From Trypanosoma brucei (taxonomy: Eukaryota), in contig AL929603.2 of assembly GCA_000002445.1 (NCBI GenBank), positions 1,000,673 through 1,064,672 of the forward strand: a stretch of 64,000 bases of DNA, in the 5' to 3' direction. Position numbers and translations under genes: made by a program. Of the stretch, positions 24,101-37,898 are shown piece by piece (position 1 is the stretch's first letter; each line of letters starts with the position of its first letter). The notes beneath the pieces are model-generated. The model did not search any database, had not been told where the DNA came from, and saw only the letters and a program-made list of their open reading frames with translations.

Positions 24101-26573
24101 ACATGGCGAAGGTCGACGAGCAATGTAAGCGCGGAGCATGACTGAACATTTGCATGGCAGAAAGGCTTCGTCAGACATAAATGCAGAAAGAAAATGATGC
24201 GGCAGAGGGTAAGGACCAAGTAAAACACGAAACAGCATATGGGGGAAATGTTAAGCAAGATCTGTCGTGTAATTTCTTTTTCAGTAAAATTGGAAGTTAT
24301 GTTGTGTGGACGGTGAGTATGATATGCGAGGAGGGGGGTTGCGCAAAGGCTGATTGAAAATGACTGCTGTTGTGCTCCGTCGGGCAAAGCCGCTGCTGGC
24401 TCAGAAGATATGGCAAAAGAATATCGTAAATTCATGAATAGCACATACAACCTCAAAGTATGCGGCAAGAATTCTGACGGCAAAGCCACCACCAGCACGG
24501 TAAAAGACTGCAACTCTCAAAACCATACCACAGTTATGATATGATTTCCCGCCCAATATGACAGTATACTTTTTGACATGCAGGACCTGAGGAAAAGGGA
24601 GACAATAGATGAGTAAAGACAATAAATCAAGAAGTTGAAGAAACAAAGGTGATAGTTGCTAGAAACACCTCACGAAAGCCGGAGAGCCTTCGCGGATTCA
24701 GTATGTCCTACTTGATGCAGGGGGCGGTAATCTAACGCACACACGGTAGCACGATCCTGGAATTGTCATCGCCCCAGGAACAACTACGGATGGAGGCACA
24801 AAGAGGTGGAACATAACAACGGAAAGCAGGCGGCGTTCAGGGTGCTATTTGAAACTCCTCAGACAAGCCAGACTTACGTGGTGCAAAAACAAAAAATAGT
24901 GCACAGTCGGGAAGGGAAGTGAAGGGAGGTTCGCAACAACGGAAGAACAGAATACCGAGAGACGATCAGGCACTTCCTCCAATACAAGAAACTCGTGCAA
25001 TTCATCACATAACTTCCAACATTCAGTTCAGAGGGACGGTTAAGCCACAAAACAACGGCCACGTAGACAAAGGCGAGAAACGGCAAACCCCAGATGATGA
25101 CAAAACATCTCGTCGCCAAGCTAACAAATCGTTTTGCCCGCGAAAGAAGCTGGGTGCTTGCCAAGTCCCAGAGCACCTTCGCAGGGTAACGAGAACTTGC
25201 CCGTCGATACATGTGTAAAGCGTGGAAAAGGTGCCAGGAAGCGATTCAGACTTTTTGTGAGCTAGCGAATAGAGAAACGGTGATAATGAAGCGCGTGTGC
25301 GGTCATCGCACAAAGAGGAAGAAAGATACTCGCTGAAAGTGCATATGGCGAGTCACAACGAATATTTGGATATTATGGAGTTTAATCCGAAGAAAGCACG
25401 GGATCTTTATGTACAAACTGTTTCATGTGACGACGCAGCTCATCTTTCTGTTCAAGAGTATCTTCAGAAAGCCTTGAACGAAGTCAATGGACGCATTCTT
25501 GGAATACCAAAACAGGAGCAAAGTGGAGAGGATTTGTGCGGCGAGGAAGAACTGGATTATTGTGCACTCTGGCACTGCCTTGAAAATAGACTGGTTGTTT
25601 CAATGTATGTTAGACAAGGGCTGACTTGACATACTTCGGACTTGCCGCAAGGATTGCACAGGGAGAGGGAATCCAGATTATTGTTATGTGGCCCAGAGCA
25701 ACGAGAAAGGATTTTGATTTCGCGCAAAACAAACGAACAGAGTTATTAACAGATTTTCAATTTTCCACGAGTACTGCTTGTAGTTTAATGAATACTTTAA
25801 GTGCCACTAGGAAGAGTTATCACCGCAAAAGGCTTCTGGGAAGTGCTCTAAAAGGTTGAAAACGAGAACTGCATCAATATTGACTCGGGAGTTGACGAGG
25901 CTGTATGTACAACAGGTTTTTCTGGCTTTTGTGAGTTGGAGGTCGAGGCTACAGTGAGCTGTATCCGTAGTTGAGATTATGGGAAACAAGAATTAAGTAA
26001 ATTGGTAAAACGATCGAATTTACTCGCGAAGGATATGTGCAGCGTAATTGTTTTGACAAAGGCTTCCACGGCTATTGGTGGTGTCGTATTGAGGCAGGGC
26101 AAGTGAGGAAAGAATGAGAATAAATGATTTGACTCAGATGATGTTTTAGCGGGCACTGAATTTCAGAGGGATAGGGTGAATTGGCTCAAGCGCATGAACG
26201 CAACTCAAAAAAAAGGAAAATGCCGGAATAACCAACCCTTCTCAAATTCGATGCGACGAATACGTGGGAGAAAACACATATGAAGAAGCAAATTCAGAAC
26301 CGAAATCATCAAAATAAATGATGCAGAACCAATCAATGAACCTCCTGGAGCTGTTTGCACATTTGATACAAACATTTTATAATTAAGTATTTTATGACAC
26401 TGTTTTAGACTGTTTGCTTTCAAACGTTCCGTCAATATAAATTTAGAACCGTTAAAATATACTAACGCACGTAAAATCAATTTTCTTTGGCTAAAACACG
26501 AACCCTGTAAAAAGCAGCTCTGTCTTGGGAAAATTTGCAACCTATTTTTCGCCACGCGAGGAACGAATAGACA

Positions 26574-27935
26574 ATGTGGAAGTTTAAGGTGTTGGTGGCG
26601 GCTGCGGTAGTTATTATAGCAGCACAAATTAATTCAGTGAAAATAGTTAACCAAGAGGAGTTTGAAATACTGTGTGGTTTTGTGCGTTTAACACTTGCAC
26701 CAGCACCACTAATACAATTGTCTCAGAGGATAAAAAATGAAGCTGTGGGTGCGGCGGTGGATGCAATTTATTCTGAGCCCAATCAGGAACATCTGTGGAA
26801 AAAGCTATCACCAAATTGTGAAGCGCACCAAATAAGTGACAGGGAAAGCGTGTGCGATGCCTATGCAAGGTTCAAACATGAGGCGGAAGAGCGATTGAAA
26901 ACGTCTAGACTCACAGAACCAGAACTGACGGACTATTCACCTGATGTTCTCGATCATCTAGAGAAAGCGTTCAAACTCTATCAAGCGAGTGAGCTTGAGG
27001 GTAAACAAACTAGTATCGTAACTTTGCAAGAGGGGATAAACTCAATTATGTATGGAGAGAATGACAGTGGTGGCAATTCCCTGTGGGGAGACCACTTTCG
27101 CAACGAAGATTGCGGAACTGTGCTGGGGCAACGTCCAAAATATGCTGGTGGCGCGCTAGTTACGGACCTTTTGTGCTTATGTGCGCAGCACGTGAATGGA
27201 AGTGACACCAAGCATCTGTGTTGCGAAGGCTGCAGCTGGAGAAGTAATACTACTGTGTGGAGCGAGGAAGGCGGTCTTAAACTACAGTGGGAGATACTCA
27301 GGGAGAAATGTATCGGGTACAACATGGATCTCGCAAATCCAAAAGACAGACTGAAGAGACTACGTGAAGAAATGGAGTGCAGAACCGTGCCAAGAGGCAT
27401 CGGTAGCCGTAAAGGATTGTTTGTTTACACATATGGTGAGCTGGAAAAGCGGGAACTGGTCTCTTGCGGCGGGGAAGACCGACAGGATTCTGGAGCGTGT
27501 GTCCTCTATGAATGGGGAGGAACCCAAATCCAAACCGCAAGAATACCTTGGATGCAGCGACTCGAGAAACTTGTCGACATGTTGCCAAATGTTTCGGAGG
27601 AATCAGACAGAATGGAAAAAAGAAGGAGACAAATAGAGAACATCGTGTATCGAGTAAACGAAACTTCAAAAAAACAGCCCAAATTAGAGAAGAAAGAGGC
27701 GTTATCACAACAAGATACACCACACCCACCTCTCGGAGATGTACTCCAAACATTTACTGACAACCCCAACACTGAGGGCGAAGCTAGGGAAAAGCAACAA
27801 GTAAAGAATGATTCTTCAGACAAATCTGTTGAGATTAAGCCCGCTGAGGGGCGAACCCCAGGAATCGGTATCCGTCCACTAAAAAGTGCGAGTAAAATTG
27901 GTACACCCCTGACGATGTTTTTATTGTTATTATGA
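26574..27935 (+). CDS. Surface glycoprotein, 453 aa, with a VSG-N-terminal-like start. It is a paralog of 12593..13630.
   Basis: Has a signal peptide and the motif EFEILCGFVRLT (compare EFQTLCGFVRLT at 12593). It has conserved LVTDLLCLC / LVCLCEG cysteine clusters, a Lys/Glu-rich spacer, and a C-terminal hydrophobic tail (TPLTMFLLLL). Confidence 0.65.
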   Translation: MWKFKVLVAAAVVIIAAQINSVKIVNQEEFEILCGFVRLTLAPAPLIQLSQRIKNEAVGAAVDAIYSEPNQEHLWKKLSPNCEAHQISDRESVCDAYARFKHEAEERLKTSRLTEPELTDYSPDVLDHLEKAFKLYQASELEGKQTSIVTLQEGINSIMYGENDSGGNSLWGDHFRNEDCGTVLGQRPKYAGGALVTDLLCLCAQHVNGSDTKHLCCEGCSWRSNTTVWSEEGGLKLQWEILREKCIGYNMDLANPKDRLKRLREEMECRTVPRGIGSRKGLFVYTYGELEKRELVSCGGEDRQDSGACVLYEWGGTQIQTARIPWMQRLEKLVDMLPNVSEESDRMEKRRRQIENIVYRVNETSKKQPKLEKKEALSQQDTPHPPLGDVLQTFTDNPNTEGEAREKQQVKNDSSDKSVEIKPAEGRTPGIGIRPLKSASKIGTPLTMFLLLL

Positions 27936-30900
27936 AATACGCCGAAAAGTGGTGACCTTTGTTATTAGTAATATTTGCTGTATTCTACGTGCCACTCCCA
28001 TGGTGTTATATTTTCAAGTTTGACTATTTAAATGTCGAAGAAACGTGCAAGTCTTTGAGAAGTTCATGCGAGCAGGAGAAACGACATCATGTCGAATTGC
28101 TGTTGAGGGGAATTCTTTTGCATTTGAGGGTGTTTTTGACCAGTTTATTACATGTTTTGTGGATGTACTCAAGGTTGAGGAGCTTCCACATATTGTGCGG
28201 GTTACGTAAGCTTGCAATATGTTGGTGTCGTGAGCACTGACAAAGATGTGGTTCACTATTTGTTTCGAGACCCTAGTGGTGTAGTGCTACAAGCTTCATT
28301 GATTCTTGTTAATTTTCTACCTCTCTGTAGATAAGTACGTTTTACAAGCGGAGTAAAGGTAAATTGTCTTGGCAAGTGCACATACATGCAAAAGATATCG
28401 CGCTGACATGAGGTGTATGTGAGCGCATCTCTGACTTACGAACAGTTGAGTAATATTTGATATGTGTTTTTTACGGATTAATTTGGGGGAGCTGAGGGGT
28501 TTTTGAAGGTGAGCCGGGGTGGGAGCGAAAAATTTAGTCTAAAGTGTTGTATTTTTGAATTGTTCTTTGTAGGACTTCCTGTGCAGGGTGCTGAAATTGC
28601 TGATGGTATCGTGAGCGTGAAATAGTTTACTGAGTTGTAAGGATTGGTAGAATTGGCGAATGGGACTATACGATTGATGAGGCAAGCAAAGAAAGGAGGT
28701 CTCTCCGGAGGTTGAAGTGCTCGGTCTTATGCTAGTTAATTCAGACCTTGGAAAAACTGTTGAAAAGAGTCAGCACGGAGACTTGTCTACGCATGCGGGC
28801 CCAGACACAGTATCGAGATCCGCCCTTTACAGATGTGCTTGAGTGAAAGTTAAACAGGAATTGAATGAAGCACGGGAGGCGGAGTACTCGGAGTGGAAGG
28901 CAGCTAAGTTGAAAAAAGTGGGTAATCAACAATCGGAAGTCGGTGCTGAATTAGCCAGTGATATCTATGAGTCTAATCCACAAGTAGTTTCTCCTAAGTA
29001 CCCAACTGAAAACAACATAAAAGACGCACTTCTCCGATACTGTAGAGATGTCGAAGGATATACAGAAAACATAAGCAGCTTGAGTTCATGTTGTGTGGAT
29101 TAAGCGTGAAAGCACCAGGGCTAATGCAGGAACAGCTTTAGGCACTGATCTGTTTTGTATTTGTTTGTGCAGTGGAGACTGGGACGAAAATTTGTGGTGT
29201 GCTGTGCGGATTGTACTGAGGGTGATAATGTAAGAGTATGAGAACAAAAAATGACGATCCCACAAACAAGGTGAAGTAGCTTACGACGAGGTGGTGGAGT
29301 TGTGTAGGGAGCCCTTTGGCGCAAGAGGGACTGGAAAAAGTATTTGCGATTTTTTTTTTGAAGGACATGCAAAGTCAGTCATCACCGTTAGCATTCTTAA
29401 GATTGCTTCATGGGAAAATACACGAATCAGCCTCAACGGTTGAATAGGAGGCGTAGTCTTTGGGGGAGAGGATTTCCACGGGACCCAAAGCAGGAAGCAT
29501 TGATAACCGCAGCACGCTCCCGTGGTATAGAGAATTGTTGGGTGCATCTCGACTGCTAGGGAGGTCGCAGCAAGTAGTACGGGCGGCTGTGACCTACAGG
29601 AATAAGTGAGTTAAAGCTCGACCCCGATAAATTGATCAGAAACAAGAGAAACTCGGTAGCTGAGTACTCCTAACTAACCTTGTCCGAGCAACCAAGTCAG
29701 AGGGAAACCAACCCGATTCATCAACCTAATCCCACGACAACTACCAACATGATGGAGAGCAAATCACCATAAAGTGGCGATGACACAACTGACAACGATG
29801 GTAAAAGCTTCATTGATGCCCTGCCAAAATGTGAGAAACACCGAAATGCGAAGTCTTGCAGTGAAGCAACGTGTGTAAAAGCATTGGATGTGTCAGGCCA
29901 GAGCGAGGACAGGCTGTTTTAAGCAGTGTAGATATTGTCCGTGTACCAACAGGATTAATTGTGTTGATAGCATTCGGGATATGGTCCAACTTCAAGTACA
30001 AACGTTAGCGACTGTGAAGGGATTTTGCTTTACAGTGGAACCCTCCCTTTTACTCTAACACCACAGATATGATAAGCGTGTTTGTACACGTGTGTATTTG
30101 TATGTGTGATGTTTCTCTATAGTTGTTCAACGCTTTTGTTTTCTGTGTATCGTATTGTTTGAAATGAAAACCTTTTCTTTGTGAAATATTGATAATTTGG
30201 GATGCTTTTTGGTAATAGTGGTGATTATATTAGAAGTGACTAACCGATCAGGTGCATATGATGTCGACGTTACCAAATTTCAGTAATCTGTCGCGGATTT
30301 TTTTTGACTGCACTGTCGAAAAAGAAAATTTGTACGTGTTACGTTGACGTCATTTCCGTGTGGAGGGGTGTGGGAAGAATGTGAAGTGCCCCATTTACAC
30401 AAAAAAATTAGATCAGTCGGTGCCTCATTGGGTTCAACGTGAAGGGGGAAATCGAAAAAAATTTGAAGGAAATGTGAGGTACTTTGGTTAGAGGCGGTTG
30501 AGTGGGAACCACAAGCCTGTGTGATCATGGCGACCTGAGGGTGTTGAAAGTCGTCAGAAAATATTGTGTGGAAGAGGACAAACGGTTCCACAAGTTTAAA
30601 TGGCATAGTGTCGCTGGACATACTGCCAACAACTACCTGTTTCTCCGCAATATTTCGGTTTAAAACCCTACTTTTAAGGGCGCTTCCTCGTCGGAGCTCG
30701 TCACAACTTCAGTGACACACGTTTGAGTGATGTACGGATATCCGCATCTAGCCTTATCTTATAATGTTACACTTTGTCACATTTTAGATTTGCTTTCTCG
30801 CGTAATGTTGGCTTCTGCAGGTCTTTGTAGGTTGTTGCATCTTGGGGACTTGGATGGAAGCTATGCATACTACGATCATGGCCAATCTTTTTTCTTTCCA

Positions 30901-31472
30901 TATTACAGGACCTGCTGGGTGATCTCAACCGTTGGCACATAGGTTGGATACTCGTTTGCTCCCCGAGGAATAGTTATGCGCTCCTGGGGACGCAGATGCT
31001 TTCACCATAAGTGATAAGTGCGAGTGATAGCAAGTTATCTTCGAAAAAAGTTTTTTCTTGGTGATAACATACGCGTATGCGGATGACGGCATGATACAGT
31101 AATGTTTGAATTTAGGAGAGCTATAACGGAAGGCAGTGGGTTACCCAGGGGCTTGGCGGTGTGTATGTAAAGGCATTTAAGAGATTTGTGTAATGACGCG
31201 GAGGATTTTTCTTGAATTGGTGACGAACAGACGGAGGTGTGACACCGGAATATCTGTGAAACGACGATACCGCTGCAAACTTTCTTTCCGTTATTTCACC
31301 GCGGAAAAATAACGTTGCGAACTCAGTCATCGGCGACGAGTTGTGGTTGCTCCGATTTACGCTATATTAGAGTGAGGCGCTCCGCCATTGAGATTACGCA
31401 ACTGTTATAAAATTTGTTCCTGCGCGATACACATTCTTTTCTCTCGCATATCCAAGTTTAGTGAACTAGATA

Positions 31473-32444
31473 ATGAAGGTTGCCGTTTTTCAATGGTTAA
31501 TTTGGGCATTTTTAATGGCTTGTGCTTGCGGCAAGGATGACTATACGTTGGTGACTGATCATGAAGGTGACGCGCCTTTAAACGAGTCCGTATGTTATCT
31601 CAGTTGTCTTTCAGATGCATTAAACAACTTATACAGCGATAGTGAGAAGAGGCTGTTTGTGAATGAGGAAGTATACGCAAATGCATCTCGTATATTGGAT
31701 GATATGGAAGGAAAATCAGGTGAAAGCACAAAGTATTTGAGTGTTATTAGTAGTGTAATTTCAAAGCAAAATGATAAATTGGAAAAACTTATATCTTATG
31801 GAAATGAAATGGGGGACCTTGTAGCTAATGTGGGTGGATTATTTTCTGAGGTTAATGAGAGTGTGAGGGCAGTGAGGGAAGTATTGCCAAGTGCTCTCAT
31901 AAGAGCGAATAAATATTATACGGCTATTGCTGAGATTGTTAGGACAGTGTGGGATGATGTTAACAGGCCTTTGAAACAAGATGAGGCTAAATGCGGAAAT
32001 CAAAACTTTGGAAGCGTTGGGGAACCGAAAAACGAGTGTGTTTACCGCACGTGTCCACTGGGAGACGGTGTGAGTGAAGACACTCTTCAGCACTATAAGA
32101 AAGGTGGTATTGAAATAAACGTTCAAACAGGTTCCGTAAGCGAATGCTTTAATAGACCAAGGGACAACTTATATAGGAACGGTGCAGAAAAGCATTCGAG
32201 TGATGTGCTAAAATGGCTTGAGGGTGAAACCACCCGTTTACAACTTACGGTTGAAGTGCAAAAAATATTTGGTCCCCTCATCGTACCTTTTGCTGCTGGA
32301 CAATCGCCTTCTGCACTTCGTGCGATGATGTCCAATATCACTTTCCTCTATTCCCACTTTAAGGAGGTCCACAGCAATTTTACTTTAATGTTACACGACA
32401 CCAACATTACTGATAATTTGAATAGTACTCATTCCACCATTTGA
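31473..32444 (+). CDS. Secreted glycoprotein, member 2 of the ~325-aa paralog family.
   Basis: A 323-aa ORF, about 65-70% identical to the 20200 and 39136 proteins over its full length, as judged by eye. Same 5' start context (ataatgaaggt) and homologous 3' flank. Confidence 0.7.
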   Translation: MKVAVFQWLIWAFLMACACGKDDYTLVTDHEGDAPLNESVCYLSCLSDALNNLYSDSEKRLFVNEEVYANASRILDDMEGKSGESTKYLSVISSVISKQNDKLEKLISYGNEMGDLVANVGGLFSEVNESVRAVREVLPSALIRANKYYTAIAEIVRTVWDDVNRPLKQDEAKCGNQNFGSVGEPKNECVYRTCPLGDGVSEDTLQHYKKGGIEINVQTGSVSECFNRPRDNLYRNGAEKHSSDVLKWLEGETTRLQLTVEVQKIFGPLIVPFAAGQSPSALRAMMSNITFLYSHFKEVHSNFTLMLHDTNITDNLNSTHSTI

Positions 32445-34587
32445 CAAACATGTTCATCTACATTTCCTTTCATAAACATATGTGTTTATATACATGCTTT
32501 TTTGCGTTTCCGCACGCGCACACGTGCTTAACAATTACCTTCCGTTGTTGTTGATCCTTTATGTTTCCATGGGAAAGCCAAACATTCCGCGGTGGTGGTG
32601 TTATGGCGTCTTGAATGCTGAAATGTATCATGTGTGTGTATACGAAGTGAAATCCTCTCTGGTTTCCTACTTTCCTGGGCTTCTGTGTGTGCTTGGGGCT
32701 GCAAAGATATTGTAGGATGTACAGCGGAAAAGTTGGTGCGCATAGTCGGATTGTGGTCACTACATTACGATGTTGGCTCCTGGAGGTGTGGCGGGGAAGC
32801 GTATGATCGGTAGGAGCTCTGTCGAAAGAGCCGTAGGCATGCACTCTAAAGCTTCGTTTGTTTTTCCGGCAGTTGTCGCCGTTTAAGTGATGCTAATTCA
32901 ATGTTTGTTTGTATGCTATTTTGTTGCGGAAAATGCATCGAAAATAATGTGTAGGTGAGGCCGTTCTGTGGGGAATTGCTTAAAGGTGAATTTTGTGCGT
33001 GAAAAAGAGTTGGCGCGGAGTTAAGAAAGCGGGGGTATTAACCTAGGATTTAAGGCTTAGGAAGTTGAAAAAATCTTGATCTATCAGGAGGGGGAAGGGG
33101 TTTAGCCTCTTTGTTAGGGAATGTAGCTGGCGGACTTAATGTAATAGGTTATGCATTTTTCACGTAGTATTATGAGAAAGAAACTCGTGTCCGCTCCAGT
33201 TAAAACGACAAGAATAAATAGCGGGCCTTCTGAAAGGGAAACTCCTAAGCATATTACATTTCACAGTCTTTATGCAGGCAAAATAGAGGACTGACAACGA
33301 ATTCTTTTTACGGTTTTATTTCCTTTAGTGGTAAATTATTACGAGTAGTTAAATGAAAATGTAGTTGGTAGTATTTATGCATGGCTTACTGTAGGCGATG
33401 CCGCATATGTCCGCCACTGCGGAAACCTTAGCGATTGAGGAGAAATTTAAATTGTCGTGCGAATTTGTTAGGGCATCACAACTAAAGAAAACATGTCTCT
33501 TGGAGGAATAAATGAAAAGGCGAAAGAGACGGAAGTTTCTTGTTTCCTCCCCTTCATTTTGCTGATTGATGACCATCGTGGCCACCATATTCCAGCGAAG
33601 AGGAGGGAATGCGTTTGCGCACATAATGTGACAAGACATGATAGTGTGGGACTCAGCCTTGGAGAACGGGTCGCTACGCATTAAAACTCCATTAGGTGGA
33701 GATTATTACACACCCGCTTCGCCAGTGGATGGTGACCACGGTTCGCACGGTGGTCTAAAGGGACGGTCTCCAGTGCAGCCCGCTATCCCTTCCTATATCC
33801 ACTGTGGCGTATCACCCCGCGAAGTCACCACTAGTTATAGAGCTAATGGCATGTATACGACTTTGTTGGGTTCCCGTTAGACAGGGTCCTCAACCGCGAA
33901 ACATGAAGTAGCCACATATTCGCGGATCAATTTGCGCTGCACACACGTAAATTTCTTCAACGTCCAAAAGTGCACTCGCCCTGGCACCACAGCAGTCACT
34001 GTGGCTGATATGCCAGTGTTCATGTGGTAACGATTAGCTTCCCCAGAAGAACTTAATTTTTCCAGGGTGCTAGATCCTGACACCACGGTGAGGCTGCTAC
34101 CACTAATGTCAGGGAAATTCCATGATTAAAAAAATTCCAAGAGCAGACGTATGTTTTTTCGTTTAATTTGTAGTAAAGTGAAGCCACCAAGAGGTATGTT
34201 GTCTATGTCGAATTTTATTTTGTGTAACCCCAAGGTTTGGAGAATATGGAAAATGGGGAATCGTGTAAAGCACCAGAGAGCCTATTAAAAAAATTACTGG
34301 TGGTGGAAGCGCTTAAGTGCGCCAACGTGCTTACACGATACTTAAAAATTGAAGTTCAAAGTCACTGAAGGTGATATAAGGGACCCTCATAGCCTTTGGG
34401 AAGCTTTTTCATGGGAAGATGTAACCGGAATGGTATGTGATATATTAATTTGTGTGTATTCGCTCTAACTCTAAATTTTATTACATTTGTTTACCGTATA
34501 TCATATATGCTCATACGTTGGTCACTTTTATTTGTTTCTTAGCAGTGTTTTGTGTAATTTGTTTGGCCCAGCCCCCGGAGGAAGGCA

Positions 34588-35481
34588 ATGGTCGGGCTTG
34601 CAACAGTTCCATTATTGACGCTAACATTGCTTGCACTATGCGGCGAGTCGGAGGCTTCAGTTGTGGTTTCATCTGGCAGCCAGGAATGTGAGGGATACTG
34701 GGACTCCTCCAGGAGGTACCACTGCACATTACACAATACAGGTGGCGAAGGCCAGAGGAGGGTGCGTCTACCACCAACTCCAGCGGCCCCAGCTCGTGAC
34801 AAAAAAACGTCAGGTGGGACCGGTGTCGACACCCAAGGGCAAGAAGCACGGAAGGATACAGTATTGAGTTCAACCAGTGATGGTCGAACTAGTCAACCGC
34901 CTCCGGCCAATAAAGAAACATTTCCTGCAGTAAACGGGAAATCAAGTGACAGTGTAGGCGGCGGCGTGAGCAAAGATGAAGTTGTGCAGAGATCTGAAAG
35001 CTTCAAAGTCTCGGCGCCGGCGACATCCCCAGCACGTGACTACAGCAAACCGAAAGTGGATCGAGCAAGGCAAGAATTGGGAGACGGGGAAGGTTACGGC
35101 AGAGAAAGTGTAAAAGGAAATGCGATCGTAGGGAAGCAGGTAGCAGGGCCAGATGGCGGAAATGTGGTGCGACCACCTCCACAGGATGTAGTTTCGTGGC
35201 CTGAGCAAAAAAATACACAGGAAGCGGAAACTATGGGGATACAATCGATCCAAAACGGAAAAGATATTTCAGATCGAATAACACAGCATGACAACAGCCA
35301 TGTGATGCGGCCGCCGACTCGGGGGGTGGTTTCGGTGGCTGAGGAAAACGCACAAGAAATAATACGAGAAGACATAGATGGCGAGGCCGCCGGAGAAAAC
35401 AGCTCACGAAAGGAGAAAGGTGCAGCGCACAAAGGGCACGTGATGCTGCTTTCCGCAGTATTGGGTCTCACGTGCTCCTGA
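34588..35481 (+). CDS. Small secreted/GPI-anchored-type protein, 297 aa. It is a paralog of 14723..15502.
   Basis: Has a signal peptide, the CGESEASV..QECEGYWDSS motif, and a C-terminal hydrophobic tail (VMLLSAVLGLTCS). Its upstream and downstream flanks are homologous to those of the 14723 gene. Confidence 0.55.
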   Translation: MVGLATVPLLTLTLLALCGESEASVVVSSGSQECEGYWDSSRRYHCTLHNTGGEGQRRVRLPPTPAAPARDKKTSGGTGVDTQGQEARKDTVLSSTSDGRTSQPPPANKETFPAVNGKSSDSVGGGVSKDEVVQRSESFKVSAPATSPARDYSKPKVDRARQELGDGEGYGRESVKGNAIVGKQVAGPDGGNVVRPPPQDVVSWPEQKNTQEAETMGIQSIQNGKDISDRITQHDNSHVMRPPTRGVVSVAEENAQEIIREDIDGEAAGENSSRKEKGAAHKGHVMLLSAVLGLTCS

Positions 35482-37640
35482 AAATCATTACTTCAAATCT
35501 GTGAACGGGGATGCACACACCTAATAAGGGCGGGGATGCACAATGTGCATACTTCAGCGCGAGAATCAGTAACTATTCTACAGCTTCGTTCACGGGATAA
35601 ACACTTATGGAACGTAGTAAAGACATAATTTCCAGAAGGACGATGTTGCAACGAGTGTAGATAGCTCCAGCATAATCATAAGGAAAATGAAAAAGTAGAG
35701 CGAACGATTTTTGTGGAAGAAGATAGGTTAATGGCTTCCAGACCAGAAGGGGAAAGCCTATTAAAGGCAGACAGGGTAACAAACGAGAAACAGTTAAGAG
35801 CATCACAACATCTTTGATGAGGCAGGGAAAATAAAATTCGATTGTGTTGAAGAGTCCATTCCCGTTTTTCTTTTGCATTCAAAAAAAAAACATAATAGGA
35901 ATCGCTTATCACTTGGGGGATACATTATGAAGAGAGTAAATGTAGGTTACGAAGAATACTATGGAGATCACAAGCTAATATGAAGAGAGAAGCACAGAAC
36001 GGTTCGGCGGCTAGAATTAGGGGTTCTTCGGTAACTTGAAGACCTTTTTAAACTGATACTAATAAAAAATATATATTGAAAAAAAAGTATAATGAATGGG
36101 CGGAGCGCATGCACATGGTCCGGGTACATGAAAAGTTATAACTAAGTGTTGAAAAAAACTCTAAAAGCAGGTAATCGTAACGAAAGAGGTGAGGGATAGC
36201 CAAAGCGGTGCCTGAACGAAATGTGATTAATTAAAATAAAACCCAACTTATTTTCAATAGCGCCCCTGTGTGTCTTTGCTTTAATAGTCTTTATGAGAGT
36301 TAAACCACAACCCATTTAATTAACTGGACGGAGAATTCGTAAGGCAGTAATTCTAACATTTACATACTTCAACTGCCGGGACAGAATAAAAATAATGATA
36401 CGACATCAAACAGGAGATATTTTGACAAATGTGCTATGAGCTGTTTTCACTCCTATGATTGGCTGTATATTTGTGGATGTCAACAATGTTTGACAGTGAT
36501 AGAAGTCAACAATTGAATATTATTCTGCTATTCCAGTTATAACTGATAGTTTTCAAACTCTTATTTTATAAGGGTATCAGCTTAGGCGTTGTTGTGTTGG
36601 TGGTAAGTTTTTGGCGTTCCCTAAAAGAGTATCTCCGGTTGCAACACTTTTGGCTCACAGTGTCAAGCGATGTTTGGGAGAAAATTCGTAGAGTATTGTG
36701 AAACTTCTGTGCGTGATGGTCGGGAGACCTCATCATGTCGCAAAAGAAAACATACACTCATGATATTTTTGTTATTTAAAGAGATTGGCATGACACAACG
36801 AAATTGTAGAAGTGGATATGGGACTTCGAGGGAAAGCTTGGAGTGCTAGCATCAAGCAGGGGGTTAGGGTTATGTCTAGGCTTCGTGGGATTCTAATATA
36901 AAGTGTGATGTGAGGAAAAGCGTTTTTTGTTGCTCAGAGAGCGGTAAAATTCAATAGCAGCTTCTACTCTAAGGTGCGGCGTTTCTCCACACTTGTCCCT
37001 TTTTAGATCAGAGCAGCGTTGGTACTATGTAGGTATCCAGACTTTGTACAGCGCCGGAGGCTTTGTGCGTGTGTGCTTGTCAGCTGCACTTGCGTCACCC
37101 AAATACTTGCTTTGCTGATGGTGTTCAAACCACTTGTTTGACGAACGCAAACGCAATTTTACTTATTTTGTCACCGATAAATAATTTTACTCCTTAAGGC
37201 GTAGTATTTCTATCGAAAAGGGGCAAGTTAAGTAAAAAATACTTTACCTGAGTTTCTGTTGGCTATCATATGCAACATTGTGGCCTAGAAAAGCTAAGGT
37301 GTGAGGATAAAGTTTAACGTGAAGGAGATTTGTTGAAGTCTACGCTTCAGTAAGAAACGTGGGCATTTTTAACTGTAAGTATACGTTTAATAAAACATTG
37401 ATGTGTCAGAACCGTCCTCGTCCAGTAATAGCTCCACTATTTTTTATTTCCTCCGCACTGAAGGTAAGCTATGTTGACGACACAATGGGAAATGATGTGG
37501 TGGTGATTAGGGTAGCGTTTTTCCATGGGGTTAAATTTCCCTCTGTTAGTACTGTCTAAACAGCAATATAAACAAAGCGCCCGCCATTGATTGGATAAAT
37601 GTTGCAATAATCCGTTTTCACGTGATTACATGACCGCCAC

Positions 37641-37898
37641 GTGGGAGACTTTTTGCGATGGAGCAGTAACGGAGATAAAGGAGACAGCGATTATTTTAGT
37701 CTCCACATATACGCAAGCAGAGTGCTCACTGCAGTGTTCTCTCCTTTTGTTATTAACGTAACAACCTCCATTCTATCCCGCGCTTATAGAAGTGGAGGAT
37801 TTATACTCTCACTTCCAAGCATCCACAAGAATTTCACTTCGGTTCTACTCGATGCCAATCTTAACGATGGTGAAATTGACGTTTCTCTTCCTGAGTAG
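37641..37898 (+). pseudogene. Second orphan C-terminal fragment of the ~325-aa family.
   Basis: ..SGGFILSLPSIHKNFTSVLLDANLNDGEIDVSLPE resembles the family C-terminus (EVHxNFTSLLLxTNxT). It sits at the same relative position in the duplicated cassette as the 15981 fragment. Confidence 0.5.
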
